The translations under genes were made by a program, and so were the position numbers. From an uncultured delta proteobacterium (GTDB taxonomy: Bacteria; Desulfobacterota; Binatia; Binatales; Binataceae): a stretch of 64,000 bases of DNA. Below, in pieces: positions 29,186-38,958 of the stretch. Location of the stretch: the NCBI GenBank assembly GCA_963724765.1, contig CAVRVY010000004.1, forward strand, positions 384,001 through 448,000, read 5' to 3'. Positions within the stretch are counted from its first letter, which is position 1; the number at the start of each line of letters is the position of its first letter. The notes under the pieces were generated by a model. The model did no database searches. It saw only the letters and a program-made list of their open reading frames with translations, and was not told where the DNA came from.

Positions 29186-29260
29186 GTTGCTTCCCCCGAA
29201 GTTTGCGAGAACAAAACCAACAACCCTAAGCGCCAAACAGAACCCTTCCCCGACCTCCGT

Positions 29261-31678
29261 TCAGCTCACTTCAGCAGCCGAGACATCCTTTTCGATCATT
29301 TCCACGTCCTCGTCAGAGAGTTCGGCGCCCCGCTCCACGAACTTGGGCCGGATGATCGCAAAAATCGACGGCACCAGCGTGATCGCCGACAGCCAGTGCG
29401 TGATCATCAGCAACGCCAGCAGCATCGCCATCTCGGCCGAGAACCTTAGATCCGACATCCAGACCCACGGGATGACGCCACCCACTAGCGTGGTCGCCGT
29501 GAACGTAACCGCCATTCCCGAGGTCGCAATCGCCCGTTTGATAGCCGCATCATGATCGTGCAGGCGGCCGTACTCGCGCTTGATTCGGTCGACGACGTAC
29601 AGGATGTAGTCGACGCCGATTCCCATACCGACTGCGGTCACCGGCAAAGTGTTGATGTTCATGCCGATGCCCTTAAGGCCGATATATAGGAAGCTTACGA
29701 TACCGGCAGCGACCAGCGTAATCATGACCATGCCGCCGGCCACGAACGACATGTAACTGAACGTCACCAGTACGAACACCACCAACACGATCAGCACGGT
29801 GCTGACACGGTCGGAGTAGGCGACCTCGTCATTCAGTGCGGCCGTGGTGCCGATAGTGCCGCCGGCCAGAACGAACTTGACGTCTTGCATCGGATGCGCG
29901 GCCATAAACAGCTTGGTCCGCATGATCGCCTCATCGATGGTCGTGCCCTTGGCGTCCTTATAGAACACTACGAACTGCCCAGTGCGCGCATGGTAGTCCA
30001 TATACTCCAGGATCACACCGGGTACCGGAGCGTTGGCTTCATACATGAACGTCATGTTGCCGACACCGGCCTCAGTGCTCGGAATTACTGCCCACGCCGG
30101 ATCGTCGTAGTGATACAGGCGATTGACGCTGCGCACCAGGGTCGGCAAGTCTCGCGTGCCGCCGGCCTGGCTCTGCTCCATCATGTAATGGCGCAGGTTG
30201 TCGAGCACGGCCAGCACGGCCGGATCCTTGAGCGCGTCGTCTTTGTCGCCCTGCATGTAGATGACCAGTTGGTTGGAGCCGGCGAAGTCCTGATTGATCG
30301 CGCGCGCTGAAACGTTGAAGTTCGAATTCTGGAACAGCAATGGCGACCCTGCCTCGGTCTCGCCGATCTGCACTGAACTCGCCTCGTAGGCGCCCGCCGC
30401 CACGATCACCGCCGCAAGCGCGAAGACTACCCAACAACCGTTCCTGCTGGTGCAGAAGTCGCCCACCCAGGCAAGCAAGTCGTGCATCCACTGCGGCACG
30501 TAGTGAGCGGTCTTGGTCGGCGTCGGCAGGACGTCCAGCAGCAGCGGGATCAGTAGCAAAATCGTGAAGAGGTTGGAAAAGCCCCAGAAGCTCGCGAAGA
30601 AGGCCAGCTTTCGCACCAGCGGAATGGTCGCGACGGCCAGCACTAGGATGCCGGCGGCGTCGGCCAACACCCCGATTCCTCCCGGCAGCAGCAACTCGCC
30701 CATCGCGATCGCGACGGCGTGATGTTTATCGCCGGTAGCCTCAAGCTCCTCGAAATATCGCTCGACCATCTGCACGCCATGGCTGGCGGCGCGCGCTGAG
30801 ACCAGCAGCGGGATGACCAGCACCAACGGATCGAGGTTGTAACCCAGGATGCCGAGGAAGCCGAGGCCCCAGATAGCCTGTGTGATCGCGCCGATGACCG
30901 GCAGCAGCACCCCGTAGAGCCGGCGGAAGTAGATTACCAGCGTACCAAAGATGAAGATGAAGGTGACCGCGAAAATCTCCGCCAGTTCGCCGGTGTAGAA
31001 CCAGACCCACCCTTTCAGCATGGGCTCGCCCGCGGCGTACAGCACCGTGTTGTTATCCTCGACGTGCTGACGAATGAGCATGATCTGGTGCTGGATGTTG
31101 CCGTAGTCCAGACGTTCTTCGTTGAAGCCGGCTAGGACCAAAGCCGCCTTGCCATCGGTCGAAAGATACTTTCCGTAGACGATGTCATTGTTGTACATCG
31201 CCTTCTTGAGTTCCTTGAGGTCCTTCGGGTCGGTCGGAACTTGCTCGGGCAAGACCGGCACCGACTTGATGAGGCCGCCCGAGCGGGCCTCCAGGCGCCG
31301 GATTTTGACGTGCGCCAGCGAAGCCACCTGGTAATGGTTGACGCCATCTATCTGATCGACCTTCTCGGTGACGTAGCGGATTTTCTTCAGCGTGTTGGCG
31401 TTGAAGATGTCACCGTTCTTTACCCGCAGGGAAAGGCTGACGATGTTGGCGCCGCCGAAGGTCGTGCGATAGTGATTGTAGGCTTTAATGTATGGATGGG
31501 CCTGTGGAAGCAGATCGGAGAACTGGCTGTACATCTGCACCTTCGTCGCGTGGAAGGCAAAAAAGACCGTGATGATCGCCAGTATCACAAGCGTTGGCCA
31601 TCGATGCCTTAGAGAGAACCGCGCGATGCCGTGGGTGAGGCGTTCCGCCGCTGGTAACTTATTGACGTTGACTGCCAT
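29261..31678 (-). CDS. RND/MMPL family transporter
   Basis: Two repeats, each with a periplasmic domain plus TM block. Motifs: FGGAN, AAGEP, NLDPLVLVIP, ASHGVQ, VGMGIGVDY. Confidence 0.9.
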   Translation of the reverse strand: MAVNVNKLPAAERLTHGIARFSLRHRWPTLVILAIITVFFAFHATKVQMYSQFSDLLPQAHPYIKAYNHYRTTFGGANIVSLSLRVKNGDIFNANTLKKIRYVTEKVDQIDGVNHYQVASLAHVKIRRLEARSGGLIKSVPVLPEQVPTDPKDLKELKKAMYNNDIVYGKYLSTDGKAALVLAGFNEERLDYGNIQHQIMLIRQHVEDNNTVLYAAGEPMLKGWVWFYTGELAEIFAVTFIFIFGTLVIYFRRLYGVLLPVIGAITQAIWGLGFLGILGYNLDPLVLVIPLLVSARAASHGVQMVERYFEELEATGDKHHAVAIAMGELLLPGGIGVLADAAGILVLAVATIPLVRKLAFFASFWGFSNLFTILLLIPLLLDVLPTPTKTAHYVPQWMHDLLAWVGDFCTSRNGCWVVFALAAVIVAAGAYEASSVQIGETEAGSPLLFQNSNFNVSARAINQDFAGSNQLVIYMQGDKDDALKDPAVLAVLDNLRHYMMEQSQAGGTRDLPTLVRSVNRLYHYDDPAWAVIPSTEAGVGNMTFMYEANAPVPGVILEYMDYHARTGQFVVFYKDAKGTTIDEAIMRTKLFMAAHPMQDVKFVLAGGTIGTTAALNDEVAYSDRVSTVLIVLVVFVLVTFSYMSFVAGGMVMITLVAAGIVSFLYIGLKGIGMNINTLPVTAVGMGIGVDYILYVVDRIKREYGRLHDHDAAIKRAIATSGMAVTFTATTLVGGVIPWVWMSDLRFSAEMAMLLALLMITHWLSAITLVPSIFAIIRPKFVERGAELSDEDVEMIEKDVSAAEVS

Positions 31679-31770
31679 TGAAATCCCTGCTTTTAACGTC
31701 GGGTTCGCTTGACGGCATGCCGCCTAGCCGTTGATCCCCGGATCATTCGACCTAGCCTATTTTGACCGAC

Positions 31771-32901
31771 TTAGCCCTTGGCGGCGGCAACACCGGCCGC
31801 CTCGATAATATCCTTGTTCAACGCGCCCCAGGTCGCACCGCCGTCGTGCGAGACCAGCACCGTTCCGTTCCCGCCGGTCATAATCCCCAGTGACCCGTCA
31901 GGCGAAAATGCCGCGCTTCTGAGCCAGGTATACACGCTGTTCGACACCGCCTGGTCCATCGTCCAACCGTTGCTGCCATCGTGAGCCACCGTTCCCAGCA
32001 GTCCCGCCGCGACCGCCGGATGTCCCGCCGGCGCCGCTATCGCGAACAGCGAGTTGCTGCCGCCACGCTTCGCCTGCCAGGTCGCTCCACCATCGCTGGT
32101 CTCAAGCACGTAGCCGCTCGCGGCCACGATATAGCCCTTCTGCGGGCTGCTCCATGCGCTGCCGAACAAGTACAGATCCTGTTCTGTCAGTTCAGGAATG
32201 CCCCTATGGTAGGCTTCCTCGTCGGTCACGTCCTCGACGTACTTGGGCAACCCGACGACCTTGTCTGACTCGACCCAGGTCTTACCGCCGTCAGTAGTGT
32301 GTTTGATGACGCCGAACTCACCCTGCACCCAACCATTCTTGTCGTCCAGGAAAGCGACGCCGTTGAGACACTCATCCTTGTGCAAGCTCTGGTCTTCCCA
32401 GGTCTTGCCGCCGTCAGCCGAGTGAATGACGGTGGCCGAGGGGCCCACAGCCCAGATTTGATTCGGATCCTTACCGCGGCTGATCGAGAGCAGGTTTTCG
32501 CTCACGTCCTTGGGCCCGTCAACTTTCTCCCAAGTCTTGCCGCCATCGGTGGTGCGCAGGATGAGCGCTCGCTCTCCGCCGATAACACAGTTGCTGGCGT
32601 CGGCGCAGCTGACCGAGAACAGCGAAAAGTGAGTTCCGCTCTTCTGCAGATCGACCTTGGTGGCGTTGTCGGTGACACTCAGGATCGTGCCGTAGGTCCC
32701 GACCACCCATGCGTGGTCTTTGTCCGCTACAGCCGAGCCATAGTAGTCCTCGTGCTCGGGCAGCGAACGTCCCTCGGCTACGGTTCCACCGATGCGTTCC
32801 TGTATGGCGCGCTTTTGCGCCTCACCTTCGCATCCGACTGAGGTCACGCACAGCGCCAACAGCGCAGCGCCCATTATTGACAAACTGCTGATTCTACCCA
32901 T
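31771..32901 (-). CDS. YCF48/BNR-repeat beta-propeller lipoprotein
   Basis: Repeated Asp-box motifs (TTDGGKTW, SADGGKTW, TSDGGATW, SHDGGATW) and lipobox SVGC. Confidence 0.88.
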   Translation of the reverse strand: MGRISSLSIMGAALLALCVTSVGCEGEAQKRAIQERIGGTVAEGRSLPEHEDYYGSAVADKDHAWVVGTYGTILSVTDNATKVDLQKSGTHFSLFSVSCADASNCVIGGERALILRTTDGGKTWEKVDGPKDVSENLLSISRGKDPNQIWAVGPSATVIHSADGGKTWEDQSLHKDECLNGVAFLDDKNGWVQGEFGVIKHTTDGGKTWVESDKVVGLPKYVEDVTDEEAYHRGIPELTEQDLYLFGSAWSSPQKGYIVAASGYVLETSDGGATWQAKRGGSNSLFAIAAPAGHPAVAAGLLGTVAHDGSNGWTMDQAVSNSVYTWLRSAAFSPDGSLGIMTGGNGTVLVSHDGGATWGALNKDIIEAAGVAAAKG

Positions 32902-33186
32902 CGCACCGTGAAGCAAAGGCCACCTCTCGGCAAATTCCGGTACCGCATCATCGCCGTAACTTTGACGGTTTCAATTAGCTCGCGGTGCTAAAACCGCTTG
33001 CGAATTCACCGTCGTCCCCGAGCGGCTACGTGCGGACCAATTGTGACTTGAGACGCAACGCTTTAACTATCGCGTCTTTCCTATTTCGTCCATCAGTTGC
33101 TTCGGGGGCGGTGTGCGAGATGCCCTAATAGACGGGTTCCCATAGAGTAAGGGTCACCCCGCAGGCCCACGCCCCAAGTGGACGCT

Positions 33187-33214
33187 ATAATGCTTGATCC
33201 AAAGGGAATGTCAA
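33187..33214 (-). promoter_or_regulatory. candidate sigma-70 promoter for the transporter operon, overlapped by an inverted repeat
   Basis: Minus strand TTGACA-N16-CATTAT. A TGCTTGA-N13-TCAAGCA palindrome spans it. Confidence 0.4.
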
Positions 33215-33719
33215 GCAGTCCTGACATTAACAAAGCACGTTTTTTAAAAAACCCTAGGTGCAAGTTCACCTGTCCGTAACATTTGCCTGGCCAGGGCTTC
33301 CCGTGCCCCAGACAGTCCGGTGGTTAGACGCGAACCGGGGCGGCCTGCGCTCAGACCAGCGGTGGCCCCTTATGTGACCTAGCCGCAAGGCCACTCCGCA
33401 CCACCAGCTAACCCTTTTCCAAGCGCGAACGACCCTGCCCCGGCGGAAAGTAAAGACGCTCGCAAAGGGGGTTGGAAGCTATGATCGTCCACTGTTTTCC
33501 ACAGCGTCCGCATCGCGCAGGATCGCGCGAGAAGACCGGGGCCGCCTCTCATACCGGGTTCATAGGCTCCCGGCGCCAGCGTCTTTCGAATCAACCAGCC
33601 CTTCTGGCTATGGCCCGGTGGGCTTGAAAAAAACCCGCCGAAATGCTTGAGCTATGCGGCAACCCGGTGCGAACCGGTCGCACTTCAAGGGAAGCACCAA
33701 CCATAAGGAGCCGAAGCTG

Positions 33720-34112
33720 ATGTTGAGAGGGAAATCATCGTTGTTCGCGGTAGTCGTGGCGTGTGTAGTCGCCGCAGCGTGGTCCGGGGTGGGGATGGCA
33801 GACGATATCACCCCCGATAACGTCGGAACGATGTCGGCAAACGCCAAGACCGCCCAGGATTACCAAGCGCTCGCTAATTACTACGAGGCTCAGGCGAAAG
33901 CGGCCAAGGCTGACGCCGACCAGGTCAAAGCTCAGTACGACGCCATCCACCAGAAAAAGGGGAAGCGCACGGGGTCTGACACGGAAGTGATCGCTACGCA
34001 AGGGACTTTCATGAAAGAGGCCCGCGCACACTACAACGAGATGGCAGCGCACGACGCGAAAATGGCTGAGATGTACGAGAAAGCCGCCAAGTCGGCGGGC
34101 GGCGGACAGTAG
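33720..34112 (+). CDS. secreted helical hypothetical protein
   Basis: AAGGAG RBS and a signal peptide. Contains AKTAQDYQALANYYEAQA and a Met/His-containing C-terminal helix. Confidence 0.7.
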   Translation: MLRGKSSLFAVVVACVVAAAWSGVGMADDITPDNVGTMSANAKTAQDYQALANYYEAQAKAAKADADQVKAQYDAIHQKKGKRTGSDTEVIATQGTFMKEARAHYNEMAAHDAKMAEMYEKAAKSAGGGQ

Positions 34113-34171
34113 TCAGTCCTCTGCTTTAAAATCCTTGCGTGGTCGAACGTGCGCGCTCGACCAAATTAACA

Positions 34172-34255
34172 CCGCCCCCTGGCTTCGCCGCCAAAGGGTC
34201 CGTTAACGATCTGAGCGGATCCACTCAATCGAACTCTGGCGAGGTCAGGGGGCGG
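34172..34255 (+). other. long stem-loop downstream of the secreted-protein gene
   Basis: CCGCCCCCTGGCTTCGCC pairs with GGCGAGGTCAGGGGGCGG (18 bp including G-U). Inner stem GGGTCCGTT/AGCGGATCC. Confidence 0.55.
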
Positions 34256-34306
34256 AGCATTTCCGCCAGCGCAACCATTCTCCGCAACTGAGACGATCTG
34301 TTATAT

Positions 34307-34448
34307 CCCCGCTCCTTGTCCAAGGAGAGAGTTAGGGAAAGGCCCGGTGGCCGCTTTACGCGATTCGCTCGAAGTGGCTGCGGCACAGCGGAATCCAGAT
34401 TGACTCCCGCGCGGCGCGCGACGACCTCTCCTTTAGTCAGGAAGAGGT
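34307..34448. repeat. REP/MITE-like inverted-repeat element, copy 1 (degenerate right end)
   Basis: Begins CCCCGCTCCTTGTCCAAGGAGAG. The core GCTCGAAGTGGCTGCGGCACAGCGGAAT aligns with copy 2. Confidence 0.75.
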
Positions 34449-34548
34449 TAAGAGATGCCGGGCGCGAGGGTTATGCAAGCTCTCGCAGGATAAGGAGAAG
34501 TGATAAATGGAAGCATTGTGTTAGTTGAGCAACTGCTACGAGTGAGCG

Positions 34549-35553
34549 CTACTGGCCAAGCCAGCCAACGTTATCGAACAGCGCGAGCGAGTCGGCGAGC
34601 GCGCGCATCCGCGCCTTGTATTGCGCACGCAGCCGCAGCGCGTCCTGGATGGTCACGGCGCGAAAGGTAAAGCGCGTGCGCGGAGCGGCCTGCGCCACGC
34701 GATCGAGGTCGCACTGGATGACGGTTCCGATGGTCGCATAGCCGCCGCCGGTAACCGCGTCGCGCATCAGCAGGATTCCCTCTTTTCCGCCGGGCACCTG
34801 GATCGATCCGACCGGGTAGCCAACGTCGACCACGTTGGAGGGATCGGACCCGGCGCCGAAGGGCGGCTCGCGATCGCGAAACTGGAACCCGGCTCCATGA
34901 ATGCGGTAGCCGATACGGTCCGCCTCGGTGGAGACCTCCCACGGGGTGTTCAGAAATTGCGCGATGCTCGCCTCGGTGAGCCGATAGCTGCAGAGCCCCA
35001 TCAGGATGCGCAGTTCGGCGACATCCGGAAAGGTTGGCAGAAGCCGCGGATCGAGCCGACGCCCGGTAAGCTCGGCGGCGCCGCGCCGCGGCGTGCCAAT
35101 GGCAAGCACGTCCTGCGCCGCGATCGTGCGGCCACTGATTCCGCCGAAACGGCCGAGCAGGTAGGTCGAACGGCTGCCGAGCAACTCGGGCACGTCGATT
35201 CCGCCGCCGACACATACGTAGGAACGGACGCCCGCGACCGCCTGTCCGCACTGGAGCTTGTCGCCCGGCGCAAGGGCGAGCGCAACCCACATCGGCGCCG
35301 GCTCGCCATTAAGCCGCAGCTCGAGCGGCGCGCCAGTCACCGCGACCGTCACGTTGGCCGCGGCCTCGAGGTCCGGTCCCAGGAAAGTCGTCTCCAGCGC
35401 CGCGGCGCCTTCGTCGTTACCGACCAGCAGGTTGCCGGCGCGAAACGAAAACTGATCCATCGCGCCCGACGGCGGCATCCCGATGTGATACCAGCCGAAG
35501 CGTCCGGCGTCCTGGATCGTGGTCAGCAGTCCGGGTCTCAGGACTTTGAGCAT
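34549..35553 (-). CDS. pxpC: PxpC-like carboxyltransferase (5-oxoprolinase subunit C / AHS2)
   Basis: Motifs: PGLLTTIQDAGRFG, PSGAMD, GNLLVGN, LGSRST, ADRIGYR, GSIQVPG, TGGGY..IGTV. Confidence 0.85.
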   Translation of the reverse strand: MLKVLRPGLLTTIQDAGRFGWYHIGMPPSGAMDQFSFRAGNLLVGNDEGAAALETTFLGPDLEAAANVTVAVTGAPLELRLNGEPAPMWVALALAPGDKLQCGQAVAGVRSYVCVGGGIDVPELLGSRSTYLLGRFGGISGRTIAAQDVLAIGTPRRGAAELTGRRLDPRLLPTFPDVAELRILMGLCSYRLTEASIAQFLNTPWEVSTEADRIGYRIHGAGFQFRDREPPFGAGSDPSNVVDVGYPVGSIQVPGGKEGILLMRDAVTGGGYATIGTVIQCDLDRVAQAAPRTRFTFRAVTIQDALRLRAQYKARMRALADSLALFDNVGWLGQ

Positions 35554-36419
35554 GCGCGCGCTTCTTCCTGCAGGCGGTCGAGGTAACGCTCGGGATCCTC
35601 GAAATAGACCGCCGGCCTGAATTCCTGCTCGACGATCCGGTAGCGATAAGTACCGGCCTCGACCTCGGCGCGAATCGCGTTGAATTCATCGAGATCGATC
35701 GGCCGCAATTTCCATCGATCCGCCGCCTTGGCCAGAATTCGCGTCTCGCGCAGATCGACCAGCCGCCCCTCGGGCTCGTAAACCGGCACCGGCGTCATCC
35801 CGATCAACTGGTAGCCGCCCGGGCCGCGCACCGGATAGATCGCCATGAACGCGCCGCCGTGCGAGACCGTGCGCTCGGGCGTGTCGGTGCGCGGGCGGAT
35901 GTACTTGGGCGCCTGCAGCGCGCGCTCGCGCGGCACCATCTGGTAGCCCCAAGCGGTGCCGGGCACGAACCCCACCATCGAAATCCAGTACGGGCGTCTA
36001 GAGTGCGCCTCGATAAATTCCTGCTTGTCGCTGAAGCCATTGATGCGCATCAGGTATTCCAGGTTGGTGACCGAGGGGTCCTGATGGCGCTCGGCGAACT
36101 GCGTGGCGCAGTCCTTGGTCCACGGATCGTCATACAGGACCGGGATATCGACGATGCGCGAGCTGATGGCGGTGATGTGGTCGGCCTGATGCTCAAGCTG
36201 GCGCAGCTTTTTGACCAGCTTGTCCGGATCGATTTCTTCGGGCCGATAGTGCATCAGGTATGAAGCGTTGCCGGGGCATACCTCGATCACTCCCGGGATG
36301 CGTTCGCGGTCAATTTCCTGGCAGATCGACAAAATCTTGAAATTGACCTCGAGGCTCATCTCGATATCGAAGTCGACGAAAATATATTCGTCGCCGCCGA
36401 AGTCGTAGCGGACATCCAT
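35538..36419 (-). CDS. pxpB: PxpB-like (5-oxoprolinase subunit B / AHS1)
   Basis: Motifs: GGDEYIFV, IPVLYDDP, MVGFVPG, PRTDTP, IYPVRGPGGYQLIGMTP. Confidence 0.85.
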   Translation of the reverse strand: MDVRYDFGGDEYIFVDFDIEMSLEVNFKILSICQEIDRERIPGVIEVCPGNASYLMHYRPEEIDPDKLVKKLRQLEHQADHITAISSRIVDIPVLYDDPWTKDCATQFAERHQDPSVTNLEYLMRINGFSDKQEFIEAHSRRPYWISMVGFVPGTAWGYQMVPRERALQAPKYIRPRTDTPERTVSHGGAFMAIYPVRGPGGYQLIGMTPVPVYEPEGRLVDLRETRILAKAADRWKLRPIDLDEFNAIRAEVEAGTYRYRIVEQEFRPAVYFEDPERYLDRLQEEARACSKS

Positions 36420-36442
36420 CGCGCCGGCCCCCTCCTCTCCGC

Positions 36443-37792
36443 TCAGCCTGCGGCCATCTCGCGCAGCACCTCGTCGGCGACGCGCAGCACTTCCTTCACG
36501 TCCTCGGCGGTATGCGCGGCCGAGAGGAACCCCGGATGGTGTGGGGTCAGCAGGATGCCCTTGGACAGCAGCCCCATGCTGAATTCATACTGGCGGGCGT
36601 GATTGGCGCGCATCGCGGTGCGCTTGCTCGTGATTGGCCCGTCGGCGAAGTGGACGTGAAAGAGCGACCCGATGCCGGTGACCTGGACTGGGAAGCCGCA
36701 GCGCCGCGCGCTCTGCGCGATTCCTTCGCGCACCGCGTGCCCCATCGCCCCGACGTATTCGTAGACCGGATTGCGTTCGAGTTCGGTGAGCGCAGCCAAG
36801 CCGGCCGCCATGCTGATCGGATTGCCCGAAAACGTGCCCGAGGCGAAGCTCTTCTCCTTGACGTCTGAGGGCTGCTTGGTCGGCGTGATCACCTTCTCCA
36901 TCAAATCGCGCCGTCCGCCGAAAGCGCCGACCGGAAAGCCACCCCCGACGATCTTGCCGATACATCCGAGGTCCGGCCGCACCCCGAAGTGGGCCGCCGC
37001 GCCGCCCAGGCCGAGACGAAAGCCGGTGACGACCTCGTCGAAGATGAGCATCACGCCGTTTTCCTGGGTCACCTTGCGCAGCGCACGCAGAAATTCCAGG
37101 TCGGCGGGGACCGCGCCGGTGAAGAACGCCGCTACCGGCTCGATGATCACCGCGGCGAGTTCGCCCGCGTGGCGGCGCACCAGATCGATCGCCGCCATAT
37201 CGTTGTACGGCAGCATCAGGACGTTTTCGAGGACCGAGTGCGGGATGCCGGCGCAGTCCGGCATCGAGAGCGGCTCGCTTTCGGGCCCCTGCCCGCCCAC
37301 CGCGCCGCCGACCAGCGACCAGTCGTGCTGACCGTGGTAGTTGCCCTCGAACTTGGCGACCCGTTCGCGTCCGGTAAACGCGCGCGCCGCCCGCATCGCC
37401 ATCAGAGTCGCCTCGGAGCCGCTGTTAACGAAGCGGATCATCTCCATGTAGTCCATCAGGCGCGAGACTTTCTTGGCCAGCTTCACCTCCAGCTCGGTCG
37501 CCATCAGGGGCAGGATCGCCTCGTCGATCTGCTCCTTAACCGCGCGTCTTATCGACTCGTGGCCGTGGCCCAGGATGGCCGCGCCGACCGCGTCGAGCAG
37601 ATCGACGTAGTCATTACCGTCGACATCGATGACGTGCGAACCGCTGGCGCGCTTGACGTAGAGCGGATAGGGCTTGAGGAACTTGGCGTTGCCGCTGACC
37701 CCGCCGGGCAGGTAGTTGCGCGCGTCCTCGTAAATCTCGCGCGAGCGTGGCGTGCGCGCGACGTAGGCGTTGACGAATTTTTCGAGCGCCAT
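36443..37792 (-). CDS. class III aminotransferase, GSA-aminomutase-like
   Basis: Motifs: LPGGVS, DVDGNDYVD, FVNSGSEA, FEGNYHG, LIFDEVVTGFR, GKIVGGGFPVGAFGGR, GTFSGNP. Confidence 0.88.
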   Translation of the reverse strand: MALEKFVNAYVARTPRSREIYEDARNYLPGGVSGNAKFLKPYPLYVKRASGSHVIDVDGNDYVDLLDAVGAAILGHGHESIRRAVKEQIDEAILPLMATELEVKLAKKVSRLMDYMEMIRFVNSGSEATLMAMRAARAFTGRERVAKFEGNYHGQHDWSLVGGAVGGQGPESEPLSMPDCAGIPHSVLENVLMLPYNDMAAIDLVRRHAGELAAVIIEPVAAFFTGAVPADLEFLRALRKVTQENGVMLIFDEVVTGFRLGLGGAAAHFGVRPDLGCIGKIVGGGFPVGAFGGRRDLMEKVITPTKQPSDVKEKSFASGTFSGNPISMAAGLAALTELERNPVYEYVGAMGHAVREGIAQSARRCGFPVQVTGIGSLFHVHFADGPITSKRTAMRANHARQYEFSMGLLSKGILLTPHHPGFLSAAHTAEDVKEVLRVADEVLREMAAG

Positions 37793-37860
37793 CGTGATGA
37801 CTTCTCCTGACTTTTTCCGACGGAATTTTTTCCACAGCGACAGCGACCTGACCGTTCTTA

Positions 37861-38007
37861 CCCCCGCTCCTTGTCCAAGGAGAGGCTTGGGGAGAGGTCA
37901 TGCGATCGATTTTCGCGAGCCGCCCGAAATGGGTGTGGCACAGCGTAATTTCAACCTCTGCCGCCGCTCGCGATGCTCGCGGCGACCTCTCCTTGGACAA
38001 GGAGCGG
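37861..38007. repeat. REP/MITE-like inverted-repeat element, copy 2
   Basis: Perfect 22-bp terminal inverted repeat: CCGCTCCTTGTCCAAGGAGAGG (37864-37885) and CCTCTCCTTGGACAAGGAGCGG (37986-38007). Confidence 0.8.
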
Positions 38008-38022
38008 TTTTAGCAAGAAGGA

Positions 38023-38841
38023 TCATGCGTGGGCGTGCGCGGCATGCGTGCGGCCGTTGCCCTTGCCTTTGAGAAGGTCGTGCACGGCGCTGCGCGCGGA
38101 CACTCCGGCCTCCTTGAGCGCCTGGTGCAATGCGGTCAGGACCTCGGGCGCGTTGATCACGTCGCCATGGACGCAGATGCTATCGGCCTCGACGTTAATA
38201 TCCTTGCCGCTGGAACTTTTGACCTTGCCCTCGGTGACAAACTTCATCACCAGGCCGACCATCTCCTCGACATTTTCCTCGCCGTAGGTGCGTTTGACGC
38301 CGATCGATCCGTCATCGGCGTAAACCAGGCCGGGATAGAATTCCTTGATCACCCGAAAGCCCATCTTTTCCGCAACCTCGAGCATCGGATGGCGCGGCAG
38401 CGCGGGCAGGTAGGCGACGAAGTCGGGATCGACTTCGCGAAAGCCCTCGAGAATCGCGCGCGCGTTTTCCGCGCTCTGCTGCGCCCACAGATAAAATGCG
38501 CCGTGCGGCTTGGCCGCGATAAGCGGGACCCCGGCGGCGTCGGCAAACGCCTTGACCGCGCCGACCTGGTAGACCACGTAGTCGCGCGCCTCCTGCTGCG
38601 TGATGTTCATCAGGCGGCGCCCGAAGCCCATCTTGTCGGGAAACCCCGGATGCGCGCCCAGCGTGACCCCGTAGCGCTTGGCGGATTCCACCGTGCGCCG
38701 AATCCACACCGGGTCGCCGGCATGAAAGCCGCACGCGATGTTGGCGTGGTCGATCTGCTTCATCACTTCGTCCGGACGGCCCAGCACGTAGTTGCCGAAG
38801 GACTCGCCCATATCGCTATTCAAATCGATCCAGCTACGCAT
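38023..38841 (-). CDS. pxpA: PxpA (LamB/YcsF) 5-oxoprolinase subunit A-like
   Basis: Motifs: IDLNSDMGESFG, ANIACGFHAGDP, GAHPGFPD..GFGRR, KPHGA, SICVHGD. GGAGG RBS. Confidence 0.9.
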   Translation of the reverse strand: MRSWIDLNSDMGESFGNYVLGRPDEVMKQIDHANIACGFHAGDPVWIRRTVESAKRYGVTLGAHPGFPDKMGFGRRLMNITQQEARDYVVYQVGAVKAFADAAGVPLIAAKPHGAFYLWAQQSAENARAILEGFREVDPDFVAYLPALPRHPMLEVAEKMGFRVIKEFYPGLVYADDGSIGVKRTYGEENVEEMVGLVMKFVTEGKVKSSSGKDINVEADSICVHGDVINAPEVLTALHQALKEAGVSARSAVHDLLKGKGNGRTHAAHAHA

Positions 38842-38958
38842 TGTCGGTGAACCTCCCTGCGGGGCAGCGGCGCGTCCGCGCTCGCAATCGGTATCCATAA
38901 TCTTTTCAGGTCTTTCGGATTATCGCAGATTCTCGCAGAGCTTTCAGATCGTGCAGGA

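Noticed and set aside
31771-32901. Photosystem II assembly function (YCF48)
   Set aside because: This is only a family name. The context is the DUF1302/RND cluster and no photosynthesis genes are present.
36443-37792. Calling this gene hemL
   Set aside because: It is GSA-like but divergent and embedded in a pxp/LLM catabolic operon with no heme genes.
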